Positions 27,201 to 34,594 of a stretch of 63,982 nucleotides of DNA are shown here, piece by piece (position 1 is the first letter of the stretch; every line of letters begins with the position of its first letter). Source of the DNA: a virus; IMG/VR virus record IMGVR_UViG_3300007190_000023, positions 1 through 63,982 of that record; one strand, written 5' to 3'. The position numbers and the translations under genes are program-made. The notes below the pieces were generated by a model. That model was not told the origin of the DNA, did no database searches, and worked only from the letters and a program-made list of their open reading frames with translations.

Positions 27201-29738
27201 ACCATGAACTTAACTGCTTCATTACTGTCTGCCCAGAAGACAGAAGATAGGGCAGAGACCATCAATACACTGTTGATGTCAGCAGAGGTTCCAAATGTGG
27301 TTCAGGAGCTTGTCAGAGACGTCATTGGCAAGACAGACAGTAATCGAGATGTCTTGAGCCTGATGAAAAAGAACAAAGCAGCTACCCAACAGGTCAGACA
27401 GCTATATAGACAAGAGTTACCTGCAACCATTCTGTCTTACTTTAAGGAAGTTCCCAGTAAAGAGGAACTATCCATAATGACAGAAGGATTAATGAAGACA
27501 GATATTGCAGCCATCCAAGGTTCCTCTGAAGAGATACTCCAACTCCTGCAAGATCAGGATGCTAGATGGAACCGGACGAGGGGATTAATGAGAAGGATGT
27601 CTGCTGTCCAATTAGAGAAAGCAGATCAACTAGTTCGATATATGAATACAGGTATTCCTGGTTCAATGTTATTGAGGAATGCTGATGAGATCAGTCGATA
27701 TGACCCTAAGACAAAACAACTCAAAACAAAAGGCAATATCAATCAAACTAAAGTGATTGATGAATATGTTTCTTTAAGAGCCTATGAAAACAAGAGTGAT
27801 GAAGTTAGAGAGGGTATCTCTATACTTGTAGAGAGAGAAGGGACTGCTATCAAGAAAGTCATTAATATCCTGAAAGGAATGAAACTAAGCAGAACCAAGG
27901 AAGGTAGAGAGATGGGCTTTAAAGGTCATATCCCATATTCCCCCAGAACTGGGCAAACCATTCAGGTATTTGAGGAGAAGGATTGGGTAGAGATGAAAAG
28001 GAGAGGATGGGTAATGAAAGGAGAAGCATGGACCCCCAAGAGGATTGTGAGCAGGTTAGGAGTAAATGATATAGAGAAGAAAGCCTACTTCTATCTACCT
28101 GCTGATGCTCAATCCCGGTTCTCTCAGGGGATTATTCAAGATATCCACCAAAGCACAAATGGGGTCTATAAAGAGACTGGATGGACTTCAGGTATGAACT
28201 TGGGTATCCATACAGACAGGGTTTCTGTCAAGTACATTCAGAACCTAAGTGAAGATCAATTCAATCATCCTGAAAGTTTCATTCCTGTCTTTACCAAAGA
28301 AGGAGAGTTGAAGGGATTTGAATCTTTACCAGACCAGAACATCATGAACATGCTTGACCCTGAAACAGAACTTCATATGTTGATTGGTATTGGTAAAGGA
28401 AGAAGTATTGAAGAGACCAGAGCTCAGATGACCAATGAACATTTCATTGATCGAGTCATGGATATGTTCAAGAAAGAACATGGTCCATTACATCCTTCAC
28501 AGGAAGGGTTCCAACCTAAAGAACATTGGGTAGATGTACTCCAGATGTATCGTGATATGCGGATAGGTGGAGTTAAGAAAGACCCTGTGTTCATGGAAGC
28601 TGTAGAGATGATTCCAAGAGAGACTCTTGAATATGCTAAGAAACAATATGGTGCAGAGGTTCTTTACTTACGTAAGGATTTATTGACTCAAGCATTAGGG
28701 TATAGACAAGCTTCAGTACGTGATCTCTATACAGGGAACCACAGGCTCAATAAGGAATATACAGAAGTAGCCAGAGAATGGTTAGATCATTTCTTTGGTA
28801 TGACAGGAGCTGGGTATAAGTCCTTACTGTTAGCAGAGAAATGGATACAGGAAGGTGTCCAAGTTGCAAGATCAACCATTGTAGTTAGATCAGGTAAGGT
28901 AGCTCTTGCCAATATCTTCTCTAACCTGGTTCAACTCAAGATGAGAAGGGTCTCTGCCAAAGAGTTGCTGGTACATGGTAGGGTCTCATACAGGGAGGTT
29001 CAGGAGTATCTCAAGAACAGGAAGAAAGGAATCCAATTTCAGACTGAACTTGCTTCATTGGAACCAGGGGATATTAAGAGAAGAACCCAACTGGTTAAAC
29101 AGATTGACTTCATTAAAGAGAGAAATCAGAAACTCTCTATCTGGCCTTTACTTGAGAGAGGGGAATTCACTTCTATCCAAGATGGAGCCGGTATGAGTGA
29201 TACTGTAGAAGAGATCAGAACCACAGGAATGATGAATGCCATAGAACAACATGTCTATGGAAACATCAAGAATGAGAAAGCAAGGAGAGCATTGAGGGAG
29301 ATCACAATGGATACCAACTCATCTATCTTCCGGTTCATGCAGAACACGGTTCAGTTAGGGGATTTCCTATCTAAAGCGGTTCTGTATCAGAGTTATCTGA
29401 ACCGGGGGATGAGTTCTGATATTGCATTAGATAAGATCAATGAGGAGTACATTGATTATGATCTCTTACCAGGTAGAACCAGAGGAGCATTCGAGAATAT
29501 GGGCTTAATCTGGTTTGCTAACTATTCATTGAGATCAATGAAGGTCGCTCTAAACATCATCCAAGAGAATCCTGTAACAGGTCTCTTGGGGTTCAGTGCT
29601 GCTACAACCTATGATTGGGAGAACCCGATCAAAGATACATTGCCGGGTAAGGTATTAAGAGGAACCATAGGATACTCATATGGTCCGGGTCAAGGATACT
29701 CAGCACCTTTCAAACATCCCATGCTGGCAATGTGGTAA
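18234..29738 (+). CDS. Giant virion-associated RNA polymerase (N4 gp50-like vRNAP), 3834 aa
   Basis: Single uninterrupted 11.5-kb ORF. The central region carries T7-like single-subunit RNAP motifs: A LELDGVHSGPTML (about 23941), B FKDPVMITTYGAG (about 24261), C VEAVHDGVN (about 24975). It is the last gene of the late module, as in N4. Confidence 0.85.
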   Translation: MSTSYLDSLLSNLPKQPELTRASEEDRNELANLNPSSWTALKDKEIGMGSASPVERDARTLTPQQLVDKYGFETANAYWGSHDEAMNRASTLLQDSKQSPVDLLQDATTGIVGGVARGLFDTAGFIASGAGTQPNVVSEVLGSASDRVSDLTQSARSNAGVMGSELSDLELGLRVRDNRALRNEERANGTGSVVANLKEMGRNFIDTFASQNTASVTGFIAEGVGSTAASIPVIGQTSKAANALSKLAQTSARTRAIAPSIAAQTARGEAQAARIADQLTRYAPTTTAVLQEQVAARTANNINRLNRLTQGVPGIADTVTNRTLLAMPGIAAMELGGTISDVSNQIGAMSHEELMEISPEYNRKLIAHMAEGKSEAQARKLAKDELITTATRAAVSTSLVPTLAASALGGWLNRAPLGRGTAPALSNRTWGELGREMLSEGTEEFIQGISGTYAGNVAMRTVNPSQELTEGVGESAAQGLIGGIGTPVAIAGGRRVLTEGVSDVTNVATATAQAAGKVAGNVARTLQVKETEKSDTQGTMQYEPTELPQEAQEVVQEVEVKKPTLPRAIQEIAVQLGKETEPNEIMRKGEAFYQLKAEAEQRLESLINKEDITEEEKQEALVLSNNMNKLFNSERVLKSESHINKAAQSQIESNTVEPENTIKAFALATRDYDYSKLTAEGATQQLENLNTILDNEGTELNAALRFQLEAHRLNLRVTNEALAQSSLEGRTPEELASASTMLLRENAVKVWEKSVVQHVKKIANEWVKGDMQNAGNSVEDFQAFATHMSNKAQASLQALQAPYGKGDKVAKVPYESLSQVTRNFRDSRLQKFETKEVWNNFNPKAIRFLQANLGEAATVINAYNSLIDLVANSLPEEAQRNSVLESKVPALVIPSNFTKSPDEILKMSKAGTLSTPNNRNTENVTENVETTPETGSEAVRDAGRESRASESTEATEGLSTQEPTQESTQTGSAQEIRTQEGTVQGSIQEGRTQERQGQTSERPKMDSEGIERAKQSQSLQQEEITSSPPPVTVPTNTPKTDTGGVLLPKAKNQKAETHAKDQAKTDKATAFIGEGSPGSNANRYREAWGDRANKGSYTAEDVVHVSTNGGKNKASRIPFNQEELDRAIAAGATILTDIPTDRKTPYNMGEREVATYLSENGYIEPQKDGVWVKGEETKPKKATKKVATPKPQIEEEEDTDYGDFVGTPKPKSPPTQSTSEVVNPSSDPEGYGDFAAKPTKAPKPTKVQAKAPEPTPEPIQNPSEAFREDSVDESVGRPQSMTEEPVEEDRGAVLSSLAQETQTDVEASTKNLFHQGKDLFKVSKRRAGNPYVMSQKGNEFLKTDLMGWSTPNATLNRRVQEMFEGDAKKVASKASVQQFLNDRMYEQFTYRFRKVDIKDAGIDLSREQIKTKNELRAYIQKYPDVREALLATGLDVLTGTGNPIMDRALFFVKLEELGDYSNHPDWGLNKVKNKNPGGTNHLDLPEHMFMGLLDSTGSKVSDLAVNTVHLVVNQVIGDSSLFNTSILDQFPAHYFKANSGAEYNRAKPYLDKSTNGPMLQRMISQSIKDQLNLAENKDMPLNKIEGFYHSMSLQVIRYMESKGLIQKEQITLQGPNDSKITPWFYTRRLPIVDSDLILSKELNRMVGENTEAGNQSGWSIKEPGKASFYKVDGFSKNNALQRKIINDLITNNPFKIDKGVLDEVNKFSPEEIADRFFPLPNRHKAHPDVVIAVDSQRNNFINAIKETQAIKLSIELAGQDAFNTPIFFDINSTSVDRFQFKGSYNPQGNKLMRELVLATYNTIDPKNPEHMEHFFRGVLQAVGGKPAKMTRDQVREAIKPVLTKFNRIKKQGNLPWFSQEMKNQLVNAFGEKDYSPLMIHVGMEVFKYLDNPTESFESSLYLELDGVHSGPTMLTLIYGTDSPFEEKTKHLMELGGLTPSSEPVSQAEIYADGRPDFYGEVAQGVSEELLTAGTSDVAPELREVLFSQVAEAVEGAYIEDGELWFNRNAFKDPVMITTYGAGDRAVANIHADEMIKTMQKDINDWQTGVSGTRAKVAQWDQFLTALLETPVKLTPNAVLSRKQISKIKNTYTEVFSEVFRNELDTRFGPALANAKELVRINEIIDKALISRFNKDMEALINEQRKAGIIGPKDMMTKGAYESLIRTYKEQGISITNNGLNNIPFMKWGSQVQTKLPKFATYIEGSKTQGYAPYLHLPSLSGVSILAKSVQGMGDVRVLQEAASKMKGVEAVHDGVNVSPVNAIAYSKLLNRGVEKVAQTNIYKDYLDSLRRVDELFELNVEGMTTLNSATREREPALIYETLEELASRRGNFVFTFSNTPYSIDHMGGAAQPYLTQSESSHSKVVIEPENVRAWINNRTLPDDSNVIVNTLFKTFTSNNRTPSIVITDNNVIMAGNDAAFDRGSNTIYLSRNHSDNALVHELIHAATYQVLSTPVESLSQEARESINRLNQMYDRILKSDKPEVQALVQQIKSNTSSRAEELMEFVAYGLTDHKAILQAFNSRETFKGIALKIIKRLLGLDKNIEEATTNTMYDGLLFHTVLLSNESTNIQSSGVLFHTAPTSIHLEEARDVLKGMVQSAVRKRDDVLGPTYEFNQVVHHLENAEDELLSLKAQGFSFDEVEHQTFINVYAVLDTNDAVQVLNTPELSSMSERFMNLLEYSLLPESQKTYLNSIPGSRFHKVFIPLLLTNEPFQSIVQEAFDRVSPVDRGRLLVDPEVIEISRNHVVEFTAPNPVLLEVHLEAKNAIFAEDIGTRERMEQEPDWIESEPNLFIHSTVLPIKLDRAFLGTPVTYEDRPYTSLAHLLSEVEELDRDHLLASLRVQLAENPKLLSLLENTGVQPLIHEDERLVDLFTQLRSENRVEDNYNEEPEPSPLEYGSSLLRDIQRQFSKPPKRVDEVARATIKALEETVARREENLAEQALGALGSLQRSLDEKGLDFMHRASNALEKAGEKVRDNAVTKKGKFLGETMNLTASLLSAQKTEDRAETINTLLMSAEVPNVVQELVRDVIGKTDSNRDVLSLMKKNKAATQQVRQLYRQELPATILSYFKEVPSKEELSIMTEGLMKTDIAAIQGSSEEILQLLQDQDARWNRTRGLMRRMSAVQLEKADQLVRYMNTGIPGSMLLRNADEISRYDPKTKQLKTKGNINQTKVIDEYVSLRAYENKSDEVREGISILVEREGTAIKKVINILKGMKLSRTKEGREMGFKGHIPYSPRTGQTIQVFEEKDWVEMKRRGWVMKGEAWTPKRIVSRLGVNDIEKKAYFYLPADAQSRFSQGIIQDIHQSTNGVYKETGWTSGMNLGIHTDRVSVKYIQNLSEDQFNHPESFIPVFTKEGELKGFESLPDQNIMNMLDPETELHMLIGIGKGRSIEETRAQMTNEHFIDRVMDMFKKEHGPLHPSQEGFQPKEHWVDVLQMYRDMRIGGVKKDPVFMEAVEMIPRETLEYAKKQYGAEVLYLRKDLLTQALGYRQASVRDLYTGNHRLNKEYTEVAREWLDHFFGMTGAGYKSLLLAEKWIQEGVQVARSTIVVRSGKVALANIFSNLVQLKMRRVSAKELLVHGRVSYREVQEYLKNRKKGIQFQTELASLEPGDIKRRTQLVKQIDFIKERNQKLSIWPLLERGEFTSIQDGAGMSDTVEEIRTTGMMNAIEQHVYGNIKNEKARRALREITMDTNSSIFRFMQNTVQLGDFLSKAVLYQSYLNRGMSSDIALDKINEEYIDYDLLPGRTRGAFENMGLIWFANYSLRSMKVALNIIQENPVTGLLGFSAATTYDWENPIKDTLPGKVLRGTIGYSYGPGQGYSAPFKHPMLAMW

Positions 29739-29981
29739 TCAGAGATCAAAGTCAAGATTGCCTTTGTGATAAGCAGTGGCAATCTTGGCTTCTAACATCT
29801 CTTGATCTACGGTTCCAGTAGAGATAGCTTCATCGAACACCTCAATCATGATATCTCTGAACCCTTGACTGGTCATGATTTTACTCATGATCTGGGTTCC
29901 TTCTGTTGTAGTGAACAGCTTCTTAAGTTTGTTCTGGAAATCAGGGTCATTCTTTTCAAGTTGTTCAAACAGACTGCTCAT
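29739..29981 (-). CDS. Hypothetical protein (80 aa)
   Basis: Complete ORF. It is the last gene of the leftward module, and its stop abuts the vRNAP stop. Confidence 0.55.
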   Translation of the reverse strand: MSSLFEQLEKNDPDFQNKLKKLFTTTEGTQIMSKIMTSQGFRDIMIEVFDEAISTGTVDQEMLEAKIATAYHKGNLDFDL

Positions 29982-30445
29982 AGTGTTATCTCTATCTTGT
30001 TCTTGTTGTCATCATAGACAACAAACTGCTTCACTCTGGTTCGTTCAAGGGAAGCTCTCTTTCTGGCCTTAGCCTCACTCATCCGGTTTAAGATCATGAT
30101 TGGAACCGGGGGGATGAACACTCTATACCCCCAAGGCTCCATATAGCTCTTGTAAGCCTCACCAGAGCTATCCCTAAGCTCCTTAGGCTCATACCCTACC
30201 CAGAACAAGCATTGAGCTTCTAGGCTGTTATAGAGGAGGTAGAGAACCTCTGGCTGATTGAGTTGCCAATTGATGCTGAATAGAGCCATGAGGGTACAAA
30301 GATCAATCCTAGGGGAGAGGTCCTTGGGGTAGCCTCTTGGATTAGCCTTGAGGTAGGTCAAGGTCTCATCAGTGACCCTGATACAGACATCAGGGATAAG
30401 GTCTTGGGGTTCAATCTTGAAGTTCTTCAAGTTCTGGACCCTCAT
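29978..30445 (-). CDS. Hypothetical protein (155 aa)
   Basis: Complete ORF with start/stop overlaps to its neighbours. Confidence 0.6.
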   Translation of the reverse strand: MRVQNLKNFKIEPQDLIPDVCIRVTDETLTYLKANPRGYPKDLSPRIDLCTLMALFSINWQLNQPEVLYLLYNSLEAQCLFWVGYEPKELRDSSGEAYKSYMEPWGYRVFIPPVPIMILNRMSEAKARKRASLERTRVKQFVVYDDNKNKIEITL

Positions 30446-30842
30446 TGGGGTAGTTCATGAACAGGTCTTGATAAGACAACAGACCTAGAACCGTGTAGTA
30501 GAAGATGAAGTGTTTGTTTCTTTCTTCAGGAGATAAGAAAGCAGCCATGACCAGATTGTGATGGAGCTTGTTGTCTTCATCATAGTAGGAGGCATAAGAC
30601 CATCCTTCATCTTTCATGGTTTGACACCAGTATTCATGAAGCCAAGCAATGGTATTGATCTCACCTTTAGCAATGAGGTTTACGATATGAGTGATGTTCT
30701 GTTTCTTATCTTCAGAAAGTTCATGAAAGAACTTAACAGGGATTTGTCTGAGTTCTTTATGGGAGTAGTGTGCTACAGCATCATATGCAATCTTAGCTGT
30801 AGTAGTCATGATCTCTTCAAGAGTTGGAGATGAATCAGTCAT
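30411..30842 (-). CDS. Hypothetical protein, possibly RyR-domain-like (143 aa)
   Basis: LHEYWCQTMKDEGWSYASYYDEDNKLHHNLVMAAFLSPEERNK resembles the phage RyR-domain pattern (H..W...K...GW.yG...d...K.h..lv....L.eeEk). By-eye match only. Confidence 0.55.
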   Translation of the reverse strand: MTDSSPTLEEIMTTTAKIAYDAVAHYSHKELRQIPVKFFHELSEDKKQNITHIVNLIAKGEINTIAWLHEYWCQTMKDEGWSYASYYDEDNKLHHNLVMAAFLSPEERNKHFIFYYTVLGLLSYQDLFMNYPNEGPELEELQD

Positions 30843-30889
30843 AGGAAAGTTTCCTTATACCATTTGGTGTAATACTGAGGGGTTAAGCT

Positions 30890-31165
30890 TTAATATCTAT
30901 CAAGGATAGTATTAAGTTCAGCAATGTTACTTACCCATGCAGCATAAGAACCATAGTCTAGCTGTTGGGTGATATCCCTAAGTACGGCAGATGTCACTTG
31001 TTTAACAGAAGAGAGGATATGCAATACAAGACTCTCCCCTTTCCGGTTCATGACCCATAAGACATTACTCCCATTGATACATACATCTTGAACCAGGTGC
31101 TCTGGTTCCAAGGTTCTCTTGATGTATTTCTTAAGTTCCCTACCTGTTACTAAGCAATTGCTCAT
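30890..31165 (-). CDS. Hypothetical protein (91 aa)
   Basis: Complete co-oriented ORF. Confidence 0.55.
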   Translation of the reverse strand: MSNCLVTGRELKKYIKRTLEPEHLVQDVCINGSNVLWVMNRKGESLVLHILSSVKQVTSAVLRDITQQLDYGSYAAWVSNIAELNTILDRY

Positions 31166-31463
31166 ATTGTTTACTCTGGGCTAACCATGATGTGAGTGAT
31201 GAAGAAGGGATGTTCAATAATATGCATAGCTGAGAGTGTCTGGCTCTTAAAGAATCTAACTCTTGTTCTTCTCTCATACGTGTTTTGATTGCATGTTCTT
31301 TAAGGGTCAATCCATTACGTACTATAGGATATCTCTCAAGTTGTATCTCATTTAGCTTATTCTTTCTTATTGTTTGTTTTTTCTTATATATTGTATTTCT
31401 AAGTAAGCACAAAGCATTCAATAAAGAATCATTATTTGATCTGTACGAGTACATGTCCTTCAT
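31140..31463 (-). CDS. Hypothetical protein (107 aa)
   Basis: Complete co-oriented ORF. Confidence 0.55.
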   Translation of the reverse strand: MKDMYSYRSNNDSLLNALCLLRNTIYKKKQTIRKNKLNEIQLERYPIVRNGLTLKEHAIKTRMREEQELDSLRARHSQLCILLNIPSSSLTSWLAQSKQYEQLLSNR

Positions 31464-31815
31464 TTGTTTTCTTTTGAACCTCTCCGAATAAATAAGTTAT
31501 CTTCTTTATGTATTGATGTGAGTCATCTGGTATCTTACCTGAGCTTACTAAAGCATCACAGAAGAACTTATCAACAATGGATAAGACATTGGCTATATCC
31601 ATTCTTCTCTTTGAACCGGGGTTCAATGTATATTCAAGCTCTACAGGTTCAGAGAATACAGGTAGCTTGTCTATATCAGGTTGAACCTGTGTAGAGAATA
31701 GAACCTTGGCTCTATTGAGGGTATGGTAATGAGCATTCCTGTACTGGTTCAAGTTCAGATAGAACTTCTTGGTCATAGTAACAGGAATATATAAAGGTAG
31801 TTTAATTATGTTCAT
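31432..31815 (-). CDS. RusA-like Holliday junction resolvase (127 aa)
   Basis: RRMDIANVLSIVDKFFCDALVSSGKIPDDSHQYI matches the RusA core (D.dN..K...D.l...g...DD..v). The size is typical of the family. Confidence 0.65.
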   Translation of the reverse strand: MNIIKLPLYIPVTMTKKFYLNLNQYRNAHYHTLNRAKVLFSTQVQPDIDKLPVFSEPVELEYTLNPGSKRRMDIANVLSIVDKFFCDALVSSGKIPDDSHQYIKKITYLFGEVQKKTNEGHVLVQIK

Positions 31816-31908
31816 ATGTATTAAAAGAAGTATGGACTTACAACTTAGAGGTCTTGGGGCCCTACCAGGTGCTCTATGTAACTGGTCCAGTATGCCATAC
31901 CCATGCCA

Positions 31909-32574
31909 TCAACTTTTGTGGTCTTTCAGGTCTTGCAGAATCATGTCATAAAGAGAATATTCCAAAGGCCAGCATTCATCTATCTCATATGGTTTGGTAT
32001 GGATGAGATAGTAAACCAGAAAGATGGAGCAATCCTCATAGAAGTAGAGATCACTACTCCTCATATGCCGTACATGAGCAGTATATATTTCGATTCGTTG
32101 TTTGATTACATCAATGAGCCACATGTTCTCTACCAGAAAGTCTGCTACATCTTTAATGGATGCATGCAGTCCATCAAACTTAGTGAGGCTGATGATCTTA
32201 TAGGAGGTCAGATCACAAACCCCTTGAACACCTATTTGATCTTCATATAGGGTTTTGAGGGATTTGGTAAGTTGACTCATCTTAATATTGAGTTCTTCTT
32301 CTTTAACTAAATTCTCTTTATATTTCTTGGTTTCTTTCTTTAAACTATCATGAAACTCTACTTCAGAGATATCACCAGAGATCAGTAGATCGAGATTAAA
32401 GGCAAAGGCATAGCTTTTATACAAACTCTCTAAACCTTCCTTTATAGCTTCTATGGTCTTTTCTTGAAATCTTGTTTCATATACAGCAGTCTTATCAAGA
32501 AATAATTGAATCCTTTCTGCTATCTCTTCAATGTGATATTCGTTGTAATCAAATTCACCACCACTCATGTTCAT
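31909..32574 (-). CDS. Hypothetical protein (221 aa)
   Basis: Complete co-oriented ORF starting 9 nt downstream of the tRNA. Confidence 0.6.
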   Translation of the reverse strand: MNMSGGEFDYNEYHIEEIAERIQLFLDKTAVYETRFQEKTIEAIKEGLESLYKSYAFAFNLDLLISGDISEVEFHDSLKKETKKYKENLVKEEELNIKMSQLTKSLKTLYEDQIGVQGVCDLTSYKIISLTKFDGLHASIKDVADFLVENMWLIDVIKQRIEIYTAHVRHMRSSDLYFYEDCSIFLVYYLIHTKPYEIDECWPLEYSLYDMILQDLKDHKS

Positions 32575-32582
32575 TCCTCAAT

Positions 32583-32659
32583 TGGTGCGCCTGAGAGGAC
32601 TCGAACCTCTGACCCTATGCTTAGAAGGCATATGCTCTATCCTGCTGAGCTACAGGCGC
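32583..32659 (-). tRNA. tRNA-Arg (anticodon UCU), CCA encoded
   Basis: The reverse complement is GCGCCTGTAGCTCAGCAGGATAGAGCATATGCCTTCTAAGCATAGGGTCAGAGGTTCGAGTCCTCTCAGGCGCACCA. It folds as a canonical cloverleaf: 7-bp acceptor, GCTC/GAGC D stem, TATGC/GCATA anticodon stem with loop CTTCTAA, and AGAGG/CCTCT T stem with loop TTCGAGT. Confidence 0.9.
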
Positions 32660-32665
32660 TAATGG

Positions 32666-33307
32666 TTAGGTTAGACGCAAGGAAGGTAATAGTTCATTGA
32701 GAACCTTTCTACATTGAATAGCAATCTCCCTATGCTCTTTCTGAGTCTCCATACCACATCTTATCTGGCAATAGTGCAGCCAGCTTCTTACGGTTCCAGA
32801 CATGTAGAGGACACTCTCTGTCAGACCTTCAGGTAGGACAGCTCTTACCACCTCCTTAGCCATTCCCTGGCTCAAGAACTCATCATAGACAGCATAGGCA
32901 TGCTGCATGAGTCTTACCTGAGCTTCATCCCATTGTTCACTCAAAGACTGGGATGCACATGGAAGGGAACTCTGTCTGTTCCTCAAGTCCTGCATACGGG
33001 CTTCCCTAGGCTCCGTAAGCGTACTCTGAGCATACCTTTGGGAGAACTCTTGGAATGAGAAGGAACGGTGTCTGAGGAGCTGTCTGGCGATATCACGGGT
33101 AGTCCTGATCTCCATACAGATAGATGCCATCTCAAAGGGAGACCAATGCTGATGCTTCATCAGGTAGTGAAGGAGCTTACCTGATGTTTGGGTGTTCATC
33201 TGATTATGGGGGTTTGAGACTCTTGCAACATAGGCAATGTAATCTTCAAGAGTATTGAACCCCGGTAGGGTAGGTTGGGTAACAGATATGAGCTTTACAG
33301 GATTCAT
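32666..33307 (-). CDS. thyX: FAD-dependent thymidylate synthase ThyX
   Basis: Contains the ThyX signature RHRxxSxxxxSxR (LLRHRSFSFQEFSQRY). The size of 213 aa is typical. Confidence 0.9.
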   Translation of the reverse strand: MNPVKLISVTQPTLPGFNTLEDYIAYVARVSNPHNQMNTQTSGKLLHYLMKHQHWSPFEMASICMEIRTTRDIARQLLRHRSFSFQEFSQRYAQSTLTEPREARMQDLRNRQSSLPCASQSLSEQWDEAQVRLMQHAYAVYDEFLSQGMAKEVVRAVLPEGLTESVLYMSGTVRSWLHYCQIRCGMETQKEHREIAIQCRKVLNELLPSLRLT

Positions 33308-33825
33308 AGGGGCAGGATAGAGTCTAGGGTTTGATAGAGAACATCTTTAGAGGAATTGTTAAGTATACAGATATCTTTATCCTCTACTTTAATTCCTGCT
33401 TCAGAAGGATGGTCCAGAGGTTCTACATCATCTCTTTGGATATGTATGAGGACTCCTTGTTCTCTTACCCAATCTGCTTCATTCTGGAACCGTACATCTG
33501 GGATGATGTAGTTGAACCGGGAGCCTAGGTTAGCTACTCTCCTCTTTACCCGATTAAGCCAGAGATCAGGGTGAATGGTGTCTCTACCCCATCCGGTTCC
33601 AAGTGATTGCATAAGCTCTCTTGGTGATTTACCAAACAAGAGATCATTGGGAGTGTTCTTAAACTCTGGGTTCAGGATATCTGCATTCTCATACCCGACA
33701 AGATTAAAGATTAGATTATGCAGGGGGGAAGCAAATGAAATCTCATAGAGCCCATAATAAGCAGAAAGATAATTAGCAACTGTAGTTTTACCTGAACCTG
33801 CTTTACCTGTAAGACCGATTAGCAT
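33304..33825 (-). CDS. P-loop kinase, dNMP-kinase-like (173 aa)
   Basis: N-terminal Walker A (MLIGLTGKAGSGKTTV). The small size and position next to thyX fit phage deoxynucleotide kinases. Confidence 0.5.
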   Translation of the reverse strand: MLIGLTGKAGSGKTTVANYLSAYYGLYEISFASPLHNLIFNLVGYENADILNPEFKNTPNDLLFGKSPRELMQSLGTGWGRDTIHPDLWLNRVKRRVANLGSRFNYIIPDVRFQNEADWVREQGVLIHIQRDDVEPLDHPSEAGIKVEDKDICILNNSSKDVLYQTLDSILPL

Positions 33826-33868
33826 GATATACTCCTAAGTAAAGAGCCATCCTTGGCTCAAGGGTTCC

Positions 33869-34594
33869 TTAATTAAACAGAGACTTGGTTGCTACCTTCT
33901 CTTTGCCAGCTTGAGCAGGAGCAGGTCTACTGCGATTACTAGCAGTTGTCTTGTCAAGTACCTTTCCTTCCCACTGATTGAGCCATGCCTGTTTATAGGT
34001 GCTCTCCTTGTCATTGGACTGTTCAAACCAGGTCTTACCTGTTTCTTCATCAAGAAACTTGGAGATTTGATTGAACTCACGGATTTCTTCGGTTGGTACA
34101 TACCCTTCATCCGTCTTTTCCTGTTTGTTTTGTTTAACCTTCTGAATAGCAACTTGAACCCTGAACCCAGAGAGTTCAGTGATTACAGGGACTTCCTTGG
34201 GAATCTCTTTACCCAGATCGAAGTCATAGATATTGACCATCTTTCCTTCTGGTTCCTGTTCAGAGACAGGTTTACCCGTTGCCAGATAGCAGAGTTCATT
34301 TACAGTCATGAACCCTGGAAGTGGAGATTTCTGTCCAGAGTTCTTGTTGATGTAATAGTTCTCCCCATTCCGGTTCGAGATATAGATGGCCTCTTTATGG
34401 TTCTGTACTTGATCTCCAATGATGCTGAGATCAATAGTAAGACCATAAGCACCACCTTGAGATTGGATGAGGTAGGCATTCTTGATGATTGCTTCATACA
34501 CACCAGTATCCAAAGGAGAGTAACCACCTCCTACCACATCTGGGTTCTGTACAGATTCAAAGTTGCTTTCACTGAATTTTTTGAGAATACTCAT
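33869..34594 (-). CDS. Putative ssDNA-binding protein (DUF669-like), 241 aa
   Basis: Called from its position immediately downstream of an AAA_24-type ATPase gene, the common phage pairing. It also has a charged, disordered C-terminus. No strict motif was recognised. Confidence 0.4.
   Translation of the reverse strand: MSILKKFSESNFESVQNPDVVGGGYSPLDTGVYEAIIKNAYLIQSQGGAYGLTIDLSIIGDQVQNHKEAIYISNRNGENYYINKNSGQKSPLPGFMTVNELCYLATGKPVSEQEPEGKMVNIYDFDLGKEIPKEVPVITELSGFRVQVAIQKVKQNKQEKTDEGYVPTEEIREFNQISKFLDEETGKTWFEQSNDKESTYKQAWLNQWEGKVLDKTTASNRSRPAPAQAGKEKVATKSLFN

Noticed and set aside
32506-32700. A 64-aa plus-strand ORF spanning the thyX-proximal intergenic region.
   Set aside because: It is the antisense reading of the tRNA-Arg gene and neighbouring gene ends. 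The tRNA cloverleaf explains the sequence.
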